64,000 bases of DNA from the NCBI GenBank assembly GCA_021613535.1, contig CP075492.1:20290755-20354754 (forward strand). Reading direction: 5' to 3'. The DNA comes from Adineta vaga. Its lineage: Eukaryota > Animalia > Rotifera. The notes beneath the pieces are model-generated. The model was not told where the DNA came from. It was given only the letters and a program-made list of their open reading frames with translations, and ran no database searches. The position numbers and the translations under genes were made by a program. Of this stretch, positions 62,583-64,000 are shown one piece after another. Within the stretch, counting starts at the first letter, position 1; every line of letters starts with the position of its first letter.

Positions 62583-64000
62583 TTATACGATAACTATAGA
62601 ATCCAACGAGTATTCCTTTGTTTCACCTAGACCAAACATATTTCGATAGTGACGATACCAATTACTTTGAAAACGTTCTTGTGGATCATAAAGTCGTTTA
62701 AGACGAAGAAATTCAGCAAATTGCGGATAGCAAGTTTCGATCTGTGAACGTGTGGCATATTTATGATAGGTTAAAAAATAACTTCCACCACGTGCAATAG
62801 CCATATCAATTAGACTACGAAACGTGTTAGCGGAATGTTCAATGCCGGCAGGTGTATGAGTGGTATTTATATTGAAAATAGTGCAGGCATAGGGTTGTTT
62901 AGCCCAAGGTAAGAAACTATCAGTATCTGTTTCAATCAACCGAATAGTTCCATAGACCATGTTAACATTATTAGCTCGGAAATATTCTCGAGCTTCGGTT
63001 AGAAAATCGGCCAGAGCAGAACGTGGAACATAAATTTCGGTGATAATTTCGCTGGCTTGTTCTCCTGTACCAAGTCGATGATCAAGTTCATGATGATAAT
63101 CATCAAGATAGATACTTAACTGATGAAGATCAGATGCATAAATTTGACCAGTCGTAGATAAATAATATTCTGTGTACTGTCGAAATGCCATAGCTTTATC
63201 AGCATGAGACAGATAAAAAAGTTCGTTCCAATGAGATTCGGTCAGCTCTTTTTGAACATCAGGTAATGGTGTATTTAAATCAACAGGTCGATAGCAAGAA
63301 AAGACACCTCGATATAAAAAATCATCAGATTTCTCATCGGTAGAAAATTGAAAATCACCGTAAAGAAATCCGTCTTGAATACGTTGTTGAAATGCTTCTT
63401 GTAATTTATCAACTGTAATCAACTCTACAATACGTTCCAATTTTCGTCGAGGTAATAAACGTAATATCACCGAATAAATTACCCCAAACAAACCATAACC
63501 TCCACCAACTAAACCAAACAACTCGACGTTTTCTTCACGACTACATGTAAGAAGTTTACCATCTGCATTAATTAATGTCAATGATTCGACATCAGAAATA
63601 AGAGGTTTCATCTTCAATCCTCGACCATGAGCATTACATGACAATGATCCACCAATAGACAATCGATCTGCACCTGTTTGCTTTTGAGCAATACTCCACT
63701 GTTCCGGCCAAGGGAGATCTTTTTGCGTTTCAACGAGATAATCAATTAATTTTGGCCATTGAATTCCTGCTTCAACTTCAATCAATCCTGTTGTCTTATC
63801 GAATTTCAATACTCGATTCATTTGAATTGTATCGATCAAGATTGTATCCGTACCAAATTGTTGACAACCCATAGCATGTCGACCTCCAGCGATGGAGATT
63901 GATTGATTATGTTCCGCAGCTCTTATAATAGTTTCATGAATAGCATCTGCTGAATCTACTTTGACAATTTCAGCTACCCTTGTATTATTTAATTGAGAAT
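62583..64000 (-). CDS. FAD-binding oxidoreductase (aldonolactone oxidase/DprE1-like), 5' end outside window
   Basis: I.GGRHAMG, SIGGSLSCNAHGRG, GGYGLFGVI, GGSYFLTYH, K..YDP..RFQS motifs; intronless over 1.4 kb. Confidence 0.88.
   Translation of the reverse strand, partial: SQLNNTRVAEIVKVDSADAIHETIIRAAEHNQSISIAGGRHAMGCQQFGTDTILIDTIQMNRVLKFDKTTGLIEVEAGIQWPKLIDYLVETQKDLPWPEQWSIAQKQTGADRLSIGGSLSCNAHGRGLKMKPLISDVESLTLINADGKLLTCSREENVELFGLVGGGYGLFGVIYSVILRLLPRRKLERIVELITVDKLQEAFQQRIQDGFLYGDFQFSTDEKSDDFLYRGVFSCYRPVDLNTPLPDVQKELTESHWNELFYLSHADKAMAFRQYTEYYLSTTGQIYASDLHQLSIYLDDYHHELDHRLGTGEQASEIITEIYVPRSALADFLTEAREYFRANNVNMVYGTIRLIETDTDSFLPWAKQPYACTIFNINTTHTPAGIEHSANTFRSLIDMAIARGGSYFLTYHKYATRSQIETCYPQFAEFLRLKRLYDPQERFQSNWYRHYRNMFGLGETKEYSLDSIVIV

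Noticed and set aside
62583-64000. Bacterial contamination
   Set aside because: Composition resembles the flanks, which contain telomeric repeats and intron-bearing genes. HGT is more likely, though long reads are needed to confirm.

Overview
AT-rich eukaryotic DNA with about 50-70-nt GT-AG introns and mixed (TGAGGG)n/(TGTGGG)n repeats. It is most consistent with a bdelloid rotifer subtelomeric or rearranged region (inferred from these features; species not determined). Contents: (1) Athena/Terminon-type Penelope-like retroelements without an endonuclease, including coiled-coil ORFs, two catalytically dead RT copies reached by a conserved T6C plus stem-loop -1 frameshift, and two disrupted YIDD-type RTs. 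(2) Non-coding units that end in telomeric repeats and carry either a hammerhead ribozyme or a tRNA-like cloverleaf with a covarying downstream hairpin. (3) Many nested DNA transposons and MITEs (piggyBac, hAT, mariner, DD41D, Kolobok-like) and an LTR-retrotransposon fragment. (4) Host or foreign-looking genes: nurim/MddA-like methyltransferase, sulfotransferases, NHL and kelch propellers, a REJ-like gene, an FG-GAP membrane protein, a phage tail-collar-like protein and an FAD oxidase. The best candidate for an undescribed system is a 510-540-bp telomere-tailed retro-unit that appears to use a tRNA mimic where related units use a hammerhead. A shared TCT|TGAGG signature at seven telomeric-repeat junctions is also notable.
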